The notes under the pieces: generated by a model
What the model was told of the DNA's origin: nothing
The model's input: only the letters and a program-made list of their open reading frames with translations
Database searches by the model: none
Made by a program: the position numbers and the translations under genes
Assembly: GCF_963921235.1 (NCBI RefSeq)
Contig: NC_086108.1
Coordinates: forward strand, 7,006,001-7,070,000
Direction of reading: 5' to 3'
Source: Mobula hypostoma
Lineage: Eukaryota
DNA: 64,000 bases
Shown: piece after piece, positions 25,030-38,900 of the stretch
Layout: each line of letters opens with the position of its first letter
Position numbering within the stretch: the stretch's first letter is position 1

Positions 25030-27110
25030 TTGCCTTCCACAATGCTTACAAAGCGCTCCTCTACCCACCATTTGGAAAGCCAGATCACTCCTCAATCTTG
25101 CTTCTGCTGATATAAAGGCAGGAGCTGAAACAAGAGGTGGCCGTTTTTAAAACCGTCCACAGTTGGTCCGACCAATTGATGGCAACTAAAATGTCTTTCA
25201 TGGTGAGGATGTCTGGGTTCACAGATGGGGTCACGAGCTTCATCTGGAAGTGCATCGAGAATGTTGTCCCCCAGAAATCAGTCAGGGTCTACCCAAACCA
25301 GAAACCCTAGATCATCAGTTCCGTGCGAACAGCACTTGCCGTGTGACACAGAGCTTACATTGCCGGTGACCAACAGGAACTCAAGAAATGCAGCTACCGT
25401 CTGCGCAAAGTCATCAACGCAGTGAAACAACAATGCAGGGAAAAGATCCAGACACAACTCTCCACCAACAACACGTGAGGCTTATGGAAGGGTCTGCACA
25501 CCATTGCAGACTTCAAAGCTAAGCGCAATGGTGCTGCCAACATTGCTGCCTCTCTTCCAGATGAGCTAAAGCATTTTAACGCTCGGTACGATATCGCTAA
25601 CAACTGAGCCCCTGAGGAGAGCCGCTGAAGTGACCTGCACTTTGGTCATCTCTGAGGTTGAAGTACACAGGTGTTTCCAATGAGTGAACAGTCACAAGAT
25701 TATGGGACAGGACGGCATCCCAGGGAGAGTACTCAGGATGTGCCTGGCACAACTGGCAGGTGTGTTTACGGACATTTTTAATTTCTCCCGCTCCCAGTGT
25801 AGAGTGCCCTCCTGCTTTAAAATATCCACCATTGTCCCTGTACCTAAAAAGACCAAGGTAACATGTCTAAGTGACTGGCATCCTGTCGCACTCACCTCGA
25901 TAATAAGCAAAGGCTTTGAGAGGCTGGTCAAGGATTACATCTGCAGCTTGCTACCACCCACACTGGACCCCCTACAATTCGCCTACCGACATAACTGTTC
26001 GACAGAAGATGTAATAGCCACAGCTCTACACACTATCCTTACACATCTGGAGAAGAAGGATGGTTGCGTGCAATGCTGTTCTTGGACTACCGTTCTGCAT
26101 TCAACACCATAATTCCCTCCAGGCTTGACAAGAAGCTGAGAGATTTCGGCCTTGACCCTGCCTTGTGCTGCTGGATCCTGGACTTCCTGTCAGATTGCCG
26201 GCAGGTGGTAAGGGTGGACTCCCACACCTCTGCCCCTCTGATCCTCAACACAGGTGCCCCTCAGGGCTGTGTCCTAAGCCCCCTCCTTTACTCTCTGTAT
26301 GCCCATGATTGTGTTGCCACCCACAGCTCCAGTCTGCTAATTAAATTTGCTGATGATACTACATTGATTGGCCTAATCTGAAATAATATCGAGGCAACCT
26401 ACAGAGAAGAAGTCATCACCCTGACACAGTGGTGCCAAGAAATCAACCTCTCCCTCAATGTCGCAAAAACAAAGGAGCTGTTTGTGAACTACAGGAGGAA
26501 TGAGACAGGCTGACCCCTATAGACATCAATGGATCTGGGGTTGAGAGTGTGGACAGCTTTAAATTCCTCGGCATACACTTCACCGAGGATCTCATGTGAT
26601 CTGTGTGGTGAAAAAAAGCACAACAACGTCTCTTTCACATCAGACGGTTGAAGATGTTTGGTATAGGCCCCCAAATCCTAAGGACTTTCTACAGGGGCAC
26701 AATTGAGAGCATCCTGACTGGCTGCATCTGTATGGGAACTGTACGTCCCTCAGTCGCAGGACCCTGCAGAGAGTGGTGCAGACAGCCCAGCGCATCTGTA
26801 GTTATGAACTTCCCATACAGGACATTTACAGAGACAGATGTGTAAAAAGGGCCCAAAGGATCACTGGGGACCCAAGTCACCCCAACCAGCTGCTACCATC
26901 CAGGAAACGGTACCGCAGTATAAAAGCCAGGACCAACAGGCTCCGGGACAGCTTCTTCCACCAGGCCATCAGACTGATTAATTCATGCTGATACAATTGT
27001 ATTTCTATGTTATATATTGACTGTCCTGTTATGCATACTATTTATTACAAATTACTATTGTACATTGCATATTTAGATGGAGACGTAATGTAAAGATTTT
27101 TACTCCATGT
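25030..27110 (+). mobile_element. Rex1/Babar-type LINE, about 2 kb, multiple stops and frameshifts
   Basis: HPPFGKPDH (end of APE), [85 protein letters not shown]. Confidence 0.9.
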
Positions 27111-27779
27111 GAAGCATGCCACCTTGATTCAAAAATTGCCCAAAAGTAGCAAAAAAAAGACTAGCTAGAATTAGATTACATCGTAAACCTGAATTAGTCC
27201 AAAACTACAAACCACGGCGATTAAACCTTGATCCAACAGCATCAAGGGGGTGGGGGGGAGGGTGGAGAGAGAGAGACACACACACACAGAGACACAGACA
27301 CAGACACCCTCCTCTGGCAGCAGCAAACGAGATGCTGGTAGATGGCACTGAACACTCTCTCGCCTTCCACACATGCCTCAATGACTTCAGTCTTCCTCAG
27401 CGCTTTAATCGGTATTAAATGGAGTTGATCATGAGCTCGCACCCACATCTGCTGGCTTCCTGGCTCGCAGCCTCGTGGAACCCCCTCGGAGACAGTAAAG
27501 CCCCAGGTATCCCAATCAGCCCACTTTGAAGTGTAATCACCCGACTGGCCCGAGCATACAATTCTGAAGTGGAGTCACTATTGGAGACAAAGGAGCACCA
27601 ACTTGTGCACAGTATGCTCCCACAAAGTTGTTCTGATAATGATGGTTTAATTTGTTTTCCAAGTAGTTAGGCAATTGGAGAGAATTCCTCAGTTTTCTTT
27701 GGATTGTCCTGTGAGACATTATCTCCACACAAGGCCAGATTTTACCTTAAGATTTTACCTGCAAGATAGCACCTATTCG

Positions 27780-28150
27780 TTCATTATGTGCTGTGTTGTG
27801 TGATGTGGCCTATTATGGTCTTTCTGTGATCATGATTGCTCTTGGCAAATTTTTCTGCGAAGTGGTTTGCCATTGCCTCCTTCTCGGCAGTGGCCTTACA
27901 AGATGGGTGACTCCCAGCCATTATCAATGGGTCTGTCTGACGTCAGTGATCACATAACCAGGACTTGTGATGTGCACTATCTGCTCCTATGACTATCCAC
28001 CAGCTGCTCCCATGGCTTCACATGACCGTGATTTGGGGGGGGGGGGCTAAGTAGGTGCTGCACTTTGCCCAAGGGTGACCTGCAGCCTAGTGGAGGGAAA
28101 GAACGCTTTACACCTCCTTTGATAGAGACATATCTCCACCCTGCTACCCA
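27780..28150 (-). mobile_element. RTE-related SINE-like element
   Basis: Homolog of 14545-14946. Confidence 0.65.
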
Positions 28151-28284
28151 ATAACATCTATGGAATTACATAGTTCCTGCATTACTACTCTATATTACTA
28201 TGAGTGGTCAAGTCCCTAGAATGGAATCCGCATCCTTCTGCTTTGCAGGTAAACCTACTAGCCACTGATATGGTTAAAACCATA

Positions 28285-28700
28285 ACAACACACACAAAAT
28301 GCTGGAGGAACTCGCAGATCATCAGCATCTATGGACATGAATAAACAGTCAAAGTTTTGGGCAGAGATCCTTCTTCAGGACAGAGAAGGAAAAGGGAACA
28401 TGACAGAATAAAACGGTGTGAGGAGGGGAAGGAGGATGGCTGCAAGGTGACAGCTGAAGCCAGTAGGCTGGAGAGAAGGAATCTGTTAGGAGAGGATGGC
28501 GGACCATAGGAGAAAGGGAAGGAGGAGAGGACCCAGGGGGATGTTCTAGGCAGGTGAGAAGAGGTAAAAGGTCAGAGTGGGGAATAGAGGCGGGGGGGGG
28601 GAGGGAAATTAGTTTACTGGAATGAAAAGTTGATATTCATGCCTTCAGGTTGGAAGCTACCCAGATAGAATACAAGGTGTTGCTCCTCCACCCTGAGGTG
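28285..28700 (-). mobile_element. Penelope-like 3' fragment
   Basis: Terminal repeat ACACACAAAATGCTGGAGGAACTC..., degenerate hammerhead at about 28347-28382, and an EEQHL remnant. Confidence 0.75.
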
Positions 28701-29659
28701 ATACCATAAGTTGTGCTGGCAAAACAATTTTTGCAATCTTCAAATTACTTCTGAAATGTTTTCTCATCAAACACAGCAAGCAAAATAATGTGTGTGTGTG
28801 TGTGTGTGTGTGTGTTCACAGAAATTATGACAACTATTCAGGCATTTCCCAGAAATAGATACTATAATTTATCATCCTCATGAACAGTAATCCTAATTCC
28901 ATGTGACCTCCCTTTTCCAATTCTCTTCACCCCGTTTCCATCAATCAGTCTGACATGTTCCCAAATGACCATGTAAACCCTGCTTTAATCATTAACTCTG
29001 GTGTTGTATTCCACGGTGTACAATGCTCTGACCGAACTTTAACTTGCACAAGGGATATTTCTCTCGTTCTATGCTTTCTTTTATATGTTATATGGCTTTG
29101 TATCCCTGTCATCTTGTTCACTCTAGGGGTGGCATGGTAGTGTAGCAGTTGATGCAACACTTTTAGAGCACCAGCTGTAACCTGAGGGTTCAATTCTGTA
29201 AGGAGTTTGTACGTTCTCCCCATGACTGAGTGGATTTCTTCCAGGTGCTCCAACTTCCTCCCACGTTCTAAAACATATAGGTTGTGGTTAGTAAGTTGTG
29301 GGTATCCCACGTTAGCGCAGGAAACATGGCAACACTTAGTTGATTTGATTTTGCACGAATGACTTATTTCACTGTATATTTCAATGTACATGTGACGATT
29401 AAAGCCCATTTAATCTTTTTATATTTTAGATATCTTTTTTGGTGAGTTGTCAGGGTCTGTATCTGTAAACACTCAACACTTACTTTGCATTTTGCTTTGG
29501 TATAAGGAATAATTTTGCTTATGAATAAGTTTAACAATCCTGAATTGAAGTCAGTTTTATTTTATTGACCCAAATAGTATTGGAGTGAGAATATTCAAAC
29601 ACTTTTCAACTAATAAAAGCACATGGTGTGTTTGTCTTCATTAGTAGGCGATTTGAGTT

Positions 29660-30430
29660 CACTGGATGATAAAAATTTTGCTTCCTGAATACTTTTGTAT
29701 CTTACGGATTTTCGGCTGCTGATCATGAAAATCACTATGAAATTTCCCTATCGTGCACCATTTTTTTAAAAAATCACCTATATTTGTTATTTGAAATCAT
29801 AATTCAAGGCAGAATAATTGATGCCAAGATTAAGGAAGGCAGTTTTGTTGGTCCATAAATCAAGAACTTCTAGTGGGACCAGAGAAAATCACATGGAAGA
29901 CATTCAAGGATGTTGTTGAAAATTTTCTTGGCAACTACAGAACACCAAACTATGTACAGCTGGTTGACAAAATGCTTCAAGCATACAAAACCATGAAGTG
30001 CAACATGTCACTAAAGATTCATTTTCTGCATTCCCATTTAGACTCCCTCCCTGCAAATCTTGGCACTATCTGTGACAAGCATGGTGAAAGGTTTCACCAG
30101 GACATTGTGGTCATGGAGAAATGGTGTCAGGGCAACTGGAATCCATCAATGCTGGCTGATTATTGTTGGACACTTAAGTGAGAAGCTTCAGACACAGAGT
30201 ACAAATGAAAATCATCAACAAAACATTTTAACTTAGTTGAACTATTGCAAAGCATCAGTACCGTTATGCAATTAAACACATTACATTCAATAAAAGTTAA
30301 CCTCTCGTTTCTCCATGTTCCTATGTGATACTATATTTGCAATTATATTTGTGTTCGGCTTCAAGTGATCTATCATAAAAAATATTCCGAGGAGGCAGCA
30401 CTTTTAGAAGAAAAGGATTGTTGTCCATTG
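29660..30430 (+). mobile_element. Chapaev3-like (CMC superfamily) DNA transposon, internally deleted
   Basis: ORF 29873..30181 CNMSLKIHFLHSHLD...DKHGERFHQDI...MLADYCW; imperfect TIRs CACTGGATGATAA / TTGTTGTCCATTG; GTT TSD; splits a CR1 fragment. Confidence 0.7.
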
Positions 30431-33400
30431 GTTCAAGAGCCGCGAGATAATGTTGCGGCTCTATAAAACCTTGTTTGGACCACATTTGGAACATTTGTTC
30501 AGTTCAGGTCACTTCATTATAGGAAGGATGTCGAAGCTTTAGAGAAGGTGCAGGGGAGGTTTACCTGGATCCTGCCTGGATTAGAGAGCAGATCTTATGA
30601 GGGTAGGTAGAGCAAACTAGGGCTTTTTTCTTTCATGTGAAGGAGAGTGAGAGGTGTGCAAGATAATAAGAGGATACATCATGTGGACATCCAGAGACTT
30701 TTTTGCAGGCCAGAAATAGCTAATAACAGGGGCATAATTTTAAATTGATTGGAGGAACTGCCTGTCTTTTGCAGGATATTGATGATATTTCCTTACATTA
30801 AAGGATCCTTGCCTCATTCCGCAGTCAATTTCCTTAGCCTTCAGATCAGTGCGAAACATCATATCAAAAAAATTACAAAAACACAAGATTCTGCAGATGC
30901 TGGAAATCCAGAGCAACATACACATACACAATCCTGGAGGAACTCACCAGGTCAGGCAGCATCTAATGAGGGAGCTGATGTTTCCAGTCTTGGCCCAAAA
31001 CATCGGCTCTTTACTCCTCTCCAAAGATGTTGCCTGACCTACTGAGTTTCCTCCAGCATTTTCTGCGTGTTACTCCAAAAAGAAATCTTGTCTGTATTAG
31101 CTGCTTTCATAGCAGGAAGGCTTCTGTGGGGTGTGGTGGAAGGAAGAGCTTGTGTTCACAGACAACCTTTCATCGTTCTCAGGGGGTTCTGAGAGCACTC
31201 CATGGCCAATAATTTTTGAAATTAAGCCATGGTTTATATAAGCAAATGATTTGGCCAAATTGCAACCAGCAGCTTCCTGACTGAGCGACTCATTAGTTGT
31301 GTTGAAAACTGGTGTTTTTGCTCCGAGGTTCTTCAGAAGTCAAAAATGAGGCATAGAGCTTGTTGCCTGTGATTGTTTATTGAGCACTAAAATAACAAAG
31401 TGAAGGCAGAATAGAGACCAAGGCAATGTGGTTTAGCCTTATACTAATTTGTTACATAGTGGTAGCACAATGCTGTACAGTACCAGTGACCCGGGTTCAG
31501 TTTCTGCTGCTGCCTGTAAGGAGTTTGTATGCTCCCCCCATGATCACGTGGATTTCCTCTGTGTGCTCAGGTTCCTCCCTCGTTCCAAAGACATAGGGTT
31601 TGGTAGGTTAATCGGTCATTGTAAATTGTCCTGTGATTAGGCTCGGGTTAAATTGTGGGTCTCAATAAAATAAAATAAATAAATACCCTTCAACATTTGT
31701 AGATGAGTTTCAAAGTTCAAAGTAAATTTTATTGTCAAAGTACATAAATGTCACCATATGCAACCCTGAGATTTATTTTCTTGCAAACGTACTCAATAAA
31801 TCCATAATGGAATAATAACCATAACAGAATCAATGAACGACCACACCAACTTGGGCATTCAGCCAGTGTGCAAAAGACAACAAACTGTGCAAATACAAAA
31901 GGAAAGAAATAATGATAAATAATCAATAAATGTAGAGAACATAAGATGAAGTCCTTGAAAGTGAGTCAATTGGTTGTGGGAACATTTCAATGGAGGGGTA
32001 AGTGAGGTTGAGTGGTTATCTCCTTTGGTTCAAGAGCCTGATGGTTGAGGTAACTGTTCCTGAACCTGGTGGTGTGATTCCACAAGGATCCTGTGCCTTC
32101 TTCCTGACAGCAGCACCGAGAAGAGGGCATGGCCTGGGCCAGGAATTGATATGTTTCGTCACCAACCTCTCCAAATACTTCATCACAGTCGATGTACTGT
32201 AAATGCTACTGGGCTATCAATCAGATAGCCCCTATTCAAATGATGCAATACCCAAGAAGCTTCCAGAATAATACGGAAGGACTGAAACCACTCAGAAACA
32301 CACTGAACAATTACCTTGTATGTAGATAATTATATAAAAATACAAACAAACATTAGGAAGTCAAGTTATAAAGAAAATAATTATAGTCTATTCCAACAGT
32401 TAGTTGAGAGATAGGAAAGAAATAGGAAAGAACTGCCAGTCCTTTGTATACTACCAAAGAATCTTTCACACCACTTAATTAGTTCTGTGTTTCATCTAAA
32501 TGTACATGATTTGATCTGAAGTCTCTCCACGTTTTGTTTTGTTGGACCTTTAAACCATAACCACCCAACTTGAGCAAAATTGCTTCTGAGGTTCTGCCTT
32601 GTCATCTTTTGTTTCTAAATTAAACTTGGCAGAAATAGCCTTTAGTGATTTATTTAGCTCTCATCACACCTATCAAAGTGTATAATGGATGTCTGCAATT
32701 AATTGCGGAGTGCAGCAAATATTTCACCAGAAAATGTGAACCATTCGCTGTACCACAAATTATCATCAAGATGATGAAAGAGCAGTTAATGTGTTTGTGA
32801 AATGAGTGGGTTGAGAAATTACTATCTTCTGCTCAGTTCTTCTTGTCCCTCTACACACGCTGTAGAGTAAAGTAAATTTTATTATCAGAGTTCATATATG
32901 CCACCACATACAACTCAGATTCATTTTTTTGCAGGCACTCTGACCAAATATATAGAATAGTAACTGCAGCAGGATCAGTGAAAAATCAATCAGAGTGCAG
33001 AAGACAACAAACGGTGCGAACACAAGTATAAATAAATAGCAATAAATAATGTGAAAATGAGATCAAGTGGGATCATCTCAATGGACGAGCAAGTGAGTGT
33101 AGTTATCCTCTTTTGTTCAAGAGCCTGATGGTGATGGGGTAGTACAAACGTCATTGTTGTTGAAGCTGGTGGTGTGAGTCCTCGAGCTCGTGTACCTTCA
33201 ACCTGATGGCAGCAGCAAGAAAAGAACTTGACCTGGGTGGTGAGGATCCCTGACGATGGGGGCTACCTTCCTACGATAACATTTCATGTAGATGTGTAGA
33301 CGATCCCCCATATCGCTTCAACCATTATTTTAAGCTTATCCTTTTGAGCCCAAAGCCTTGGGTTCAGAAGGCACTAAGCTTAAAATGATGGTTGGAGAGA

Positions 33401-33489
33401 AACCGGAGACGTTCTGCACATCTACATGAAATGCTGTCCCAAGGCTTCACCACACAGCTCAGTGGGGGCGGCGGGGGGGGGGGGGCGAG

Positions 33490-33950
33490 ATTTCATTGAA
33501 ATCCACCAAATATTGAAAGGCCTAGATCAGGGGTTCACATTCTGAGGTCCACAGACCCCCTCAGTTAATAATGAGGCTCCATGGCATAAAAAAGGTTGGG
33601 AACTCCTGCCTAGATAGAGTGGATGCGGAGAAACTGTTTCCTATAGTGGGTGAGTCTAGGACCAGAGGGCACAGCCTCAGAATACAAGGAGTCCCTTTAG
33701 AAGAGAGATGAGGACCAATTTCTTTAGCCAGAGGGTGGTAAATCTGTGGAATTCATTGCTACAGACAGCTGTGAAGGCTAAGTCATTGGGTATATTTAAA
33801 GTAGAGATTAATAGATTCTTGATACAAATGGCATCAAATGTTATGAGGAGAAGGCAGGAGAATGGGGCTGGGATGGATAATAAATCAGCCCTGATGGATT
33901 GATGGAGCAGATTGGATTGGCCAAATTCGGCTCCCAATCTGTTTTATGGT
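33490..33950 (+). mobile_element. CR1 3' fragment carrying a MITE
   Basis: ORF 33708..33902 NFFSQRVVNLWNSL. Confidence 0.8.
33528..33608. mobile_element. hAT/Charlie-type MITE (81 bp)
   Basis: TIRs CAGGGGTTC.CA / TGGGAACTCCTG; flanking duplication (G)CCTAGAT resembling the Charlie NTCTAGAN target. Confidence 0.75.
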
Positions 33951-34204
33951 CTCATTGTGATGCTGAGGTGTCAGAAGTGCTATTTTTTCCAGTGAGATGT
34001 GAAGTCTGTCACTATCTATCATATTAAGATAGATATGGTCAGATTATTTGAACAACATTTTGTCTGCCCTGGGCCAACATTTATTCCTCAGCCATCAAAA
34101 TAATTTAACTAGTTATTTCATTGATCTCTTTGACCCCTTTCTGTGCACAATTGGCTGTTGTATATAAGCAGCTATTCAGTGACTTAAAAACAAAAATTCA
34201 ATAT

Positions 34205-34770
34205 AAACACAAGAAAGTCTGTAGTTGCTGGAAATCCAAAGCAACATCCACAAAATGCTGGAGGAACAGCAGGTCAGGCAGCATCTTTGGAAATTGGTAG
34301 ATAGTTTCGGGCCAAGACTCTTCTTCAGGATCAAGAAGGAAGGGGGAAGATGCCGGAATAACGAGGTATGGGAGAGGAGGCTAGTTGGAAGGTGATTGGT
34401 AAGGCCAGGTGGGTGGAAGGGTCAAGGGCTAGAGAGGAAGAAATCTGATAGAGTGGACCATAGGAGGAGCAGACCTACGGGAAGAGATAGGCAGGCAAGA
34501 AGAGGTAAAAGGTCAGGAATGGGAATACAGGTGGCGGGGGGGGGGGTGAGTTTTTTTTTACCAGAAGGAGAACTCGATATTCACACTATCAGGTTGAAGG
34601 CTACCCAGACAGAATATAAGGTGCTGCTCCTTCATTTGGAGGGTGGTTTCATCTTGGCCATGGACAGACATGTTGGAATGGGAATTGGAATTAAAAAGTT
34701 TGGCCACTGGGAAGTCCCACTTGTGGAGTATAGTGTGGAGGTGCTCAGTGAAGCGGTCCCCCAATTTGAC
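34205..34770 (-). mobile_element. Penelope-like 3' fragment
   Basis: LGDRFTEHL...FPVAKLFNS...EQHLIFCLGSLQPD (34558..34854) plus terminal repeat. Confidence 0.8.
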
Positions 34771-34919
34771 ATTTAGCATCTTTGGAAGCAGTTTGGGGAA
34801 CCAGAAAGATACCAAGCAATGGTGAATCTGTTCTTTTTGGTAGAGATTGCACAAGGTTTGTACCGATGGGTTGAATGGGCTCTCATGTAAGTGGTATGAA
34901 TAATTTTAAACCAGTACAT

Positions 34920-35920
34920 TTTCTGGTTAGCTGGCTGTTTCTAGCAGTGTTCCTCAGGGGTCAGTATTTGGATCACTACTTTTCACATTGTTTGTCAATG
35001 GAATTGATGGCTTTGTGGTAAAGTTTGTGGATGATATGAAGATAAGTGGAGGGGTAGGTAGTGCTGAGGAAGCAATGCGATTGCAGCTGGACCTGGACAA
35101 ATTGGAAGAATGGGCAAAAAAGTGGCAGATGGAATACAGTGTTGGGAAAGGTATGATAATGCATTTTAGTAAAAGGAAGAATTGTGCGGACTATTATCTA
35201 AATGGGGAGAAGGTTCAAACATCAGAGGTGCAGAGGGACTTGGGAGCCCTCGTGCAACACTTACAGAAAGTTAATTTACAGGTTAAGTCTGGTAAAGAAG
35301 GCAAATGCAAAGTTGGTATTTATTTCAAGTAGAATAGAATATAAAAGCAAGGAGATAATGCTGAGGCTTTGTAAGACACTAGTCAGACTGCACTTGGAGT
35401 ATTGTCAACAGTTATATCTCAGAAAGGATGTGTTGTCATTGGTGACAGTCCAGAGGAGCTTCATGAGGATGATTCCAGAAATGAAGGGTTAACATATGAA
35501 GAGCGTTTGGCAGCTTTGGGCTGTATTCACTCGAATTTAGAAGAATGCGGGGGTGGGGGGTGGAATCTCATTAAAATCTACTGAATATTGAAAGGACTAG
35601 ATAGGGTGGATGTGGAGAGGATATTTCCTTTGGTGGGCATATCCAGAACTAGAGGATACAGCCTCAAAATTGAGGGGCAACCTTTTAGAACAGAGGTAAG
35701 GAGGAATTTATTTAGCCAGAGAGTGGTGAATCTGTGGAATGCTCTGCCACAGACTGTGGTGGAGGCCATGTCCATGGGTATATTTAAGGCAGAAGTGATA
35801 GTTTCCTGAACAGTCAGGGCATGAAAGGATATGGTGAGAAGGTAGCTGTATGGGGTTGAATGTGGGATGGTGGAGCAGACTCAATGGGCTGAATGGCCTA
35901 ATTCTGCTCCTAAGTCTTAT
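34920..35920 (+). mobile_element. CR1 RT/3' fragment
   Basis: CCTCAGGGGTCAGTA (PQGSV), KFVDD, WQMEY, LVRLHLEYC, FSQRVVNLWNAL. Confidence 0.85.
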
Positions 35921-38900
35921 GGAGATGCATTCCCCTTGTAACCAATTATAAATTGGGCTAGTCTGAAAATACATCACTTGGGGTTTTGAAATATATCATT
36001 GATACTAAAAGAATTTTTCCCCAGGTTGTTGGCCAAACTGAAATGTAGTTTGTTCCATAAATCTAATAATATCATTGGCAGGTAGACAAGACCAGCCATA
36101 GTTCAAAAATAAATGGAGTTCCTGCAGTTGGTTGACATACATCAGGAATATGTAAGCACTGTGGGATGTCACATGTTTGAACTGCACAAGGGAATGAACG
36201 GGTGGACCAGTAGTATTGCAGAGCTTTATTGATTCAGCATTCTATAAGAAAACTTCAAATTTTAGCACTTTGTGTTCGGACATATTCTGGAGCTACACTA
36301 TACAGCAAATTCTAATTTTAACAGCAACCTGCCATCAGACCTGAGTGTGGATTTTCGATTGAAATTAAAAGCAGCTCTTGAACAATGGTCTTTTATGTGA
36401 AGCCACATATGCAGGGAGTGTCTGGAGTGTGGGTGTGAAGATGGAGATGTTTGAAAATTATATGTAGTTCAAGGAAGCATTGTAAATACATTGTAAGTAT
36501 AGAATTGTCCTGCTGTTACCATTGATCTTTAGCATATAGAAATGGCATGTAATATTGGGTCAGACAGGCCTCTTCTTCCAAGAGTGTCTCGAATATGATG
36601 CCTGCTGCTGGTTTTGCTGAATAAATACTAGTGTGTCCACCAGCTTCAGTGTCTCTCCAATGACTTTGTTCACAGTCACAACACTCTGCTTGCTTGCTTA
36701 ATAGCAGGAGGAAGTCATTTAGTCCATCTTGTGCGTCCTTGCTATTTGAAGAATGAAACCCAGTCGGTCCCATAACCCTGTTCTTCCCTTTGTGAAAATG
36801 TAATAAACTTTCTTCTGAGCAGTTTGCGGATTGGACTGTAGTTGTATGGGGTTCAATTGGACTCTTCCAATTGAGGTTGATGTTGTTCTCTAAATGTGTT
36901 CCATGGTGTTTCCTTGTTTTCGTGACTGTGGAGAGGACAAATCTCAGGTTTGTATACTGCATACAAACTTTGATAATAAATGTACTTTGGACTTTATTTG
37001 AACTTTCAGTGCATCTTAACTATTCTCTTCTATTTTTCTCTCTCCATCTCTCCACTAGTTTATTTATTGTTTACTGAGTTTCTGATAGTTTCTCCTTAGT
37101 ATTCTTCATACAGAGGATCATGACAATATGGAACAAGCTGCTAGCACAAATGGTGTATGTGAACTTGATTTCAATGTCTAAGAGAAGTTTGGATAAGTAC
37201 ATAGATGGTAGGGATATGGAGGGCTATGGTCCCCGTGCAGATTGATGGGAATAGGCAGTTTAAGTGGTTCAGCAAGGATTGGATGGGCCAAAGGGCCTAT
37301 TTCTTTTCTATAATTTCTTTTCTGTAATTTTCTATAAATACTATCAAGGATCCAGCGTCCTCTTTGACATTCAACCATCAGGCAGGAAACTCCGATACAT
37401 AAAGACAGGAACGGTCGGTATGGGAAACAGCTTCTTCCCTCTGGCCATTAGGCTTCTGAAGTCCTGCCACATCGCATTCGAAGTATCATTGAATAATTTA
37501 TACTGTACCATATAATATTTAATTTATGCACTTTACTTTGTTTATCTATGTGTAATTCATCTGCAGATGTTATCCTTACTTTCCTAAGTTATTGTGTGTT
37601 ATGTGTACTCCTGTGCTTTACTCTCTAGTCTGGAAAAATGTTATCTTGTTTGACAGTATACATGTACAGTATATGTGCTTCGATAATAAATTTACTTTAA
37701 ACTTTGAACATTATGGGCAATTTACAGTCTCTCGGATATCGTAATAAACCCACTCAGTTATGGGGAGGATAAAATCCACCCAGATAGCACCAATGCTCTG
37801 AGGTAGCAGTTGTGCCTCTGTGCTGCCCTGAATATGGATGCTTTACAAATGGGTGTAACGTACTTGCTGCAATGAGTAGGCTCTGTATCCCATGTCCTGA
37901 ATATCCTCTATGGAGATTTAGCTTTTGAATTAAGGCACGTCCATATTAGTAGCTTTCCCATTGTGAGTGAAAGCAGCCCTTCCTTTCCATGCAAGATTCA
38001 TCCACTTTTTTTTAAAAGCATAACTTTTAGGGCATTGGGAGGAAAATACAGAGTCAGGTTTGACGTCCTTGTGGGCAATATGTTAGTTTTTGTGCATGGG
38101 AGGGGTTGGGGGTTTGATGTTATTGTCGCTGTTTTTTCCTTGTGGGCAATATGTTAGTTTTTTTGTGAGGGAGGGGTTGGGGGTTTGGGGTTTGATGTTC
38201 TAGCTGCCGTTTTCTGGGTGAGCGATCTGTTAGATTTTGTGCAAGGGAGGGGTTGGGGCATTAGGGGTTTGCAAGTTTTTGTTTTTTTTTGCGCAGAGGA
38301 GGAGTTGATATCTTTCAATGACCACCATGGTTTTTCTGTCTCTCATGGCTATCCGGAGAAAACAAATCTCAGAGGTGTATTCTGTGTACATACTTTGATA
38401 ATAAAATGAACCTTTCAATCTTTTTACACAGTGTGGTGAGTGTATGGAATACCCTTGTCAGGGGTGGTGGTGGAGGCAGACACATAACGGAGATTGAAGA
38501 GACTCAGGGATGATAGAAAATGGAAAGCTATGTGGGAGAGAATAGTTAAATTGATCTTGGAGTAGGTTAAAGGGTTGGCACAACATCGTCGGCTGAAGGG
38601 ATTGTACTGAGCAGTAATGTTCTCTGTTCTAAATTCACTTTGATTGTCCCAGTTCTTTCGCTTCCAAGAGACCAACACCCAACGAGCCTTGTGGTTTACT
38701 GTGCTGGTTCACCCCTCTTTAATTTGGGAGGAGGATGGTGAACGCAAGTCTGCTTCTAAATTAGGAAAGACAGATATTGGCACGCAAGCAGTTCCTAAAA
38801 TCTAAATTCAAAATGAGTACCACTTAAAATGAATTTATTTTGAAACACATACAATGGTGCACTTTTCATGTTTGCTTGCCCTCTTAAGTTCTAGGCAGTG

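Noticed and set aside
36516..36962. 148-aa ORF
   Set aside because: Begins in a LINE/SINE tail and has no recognisable domain; probably a chance ORF.
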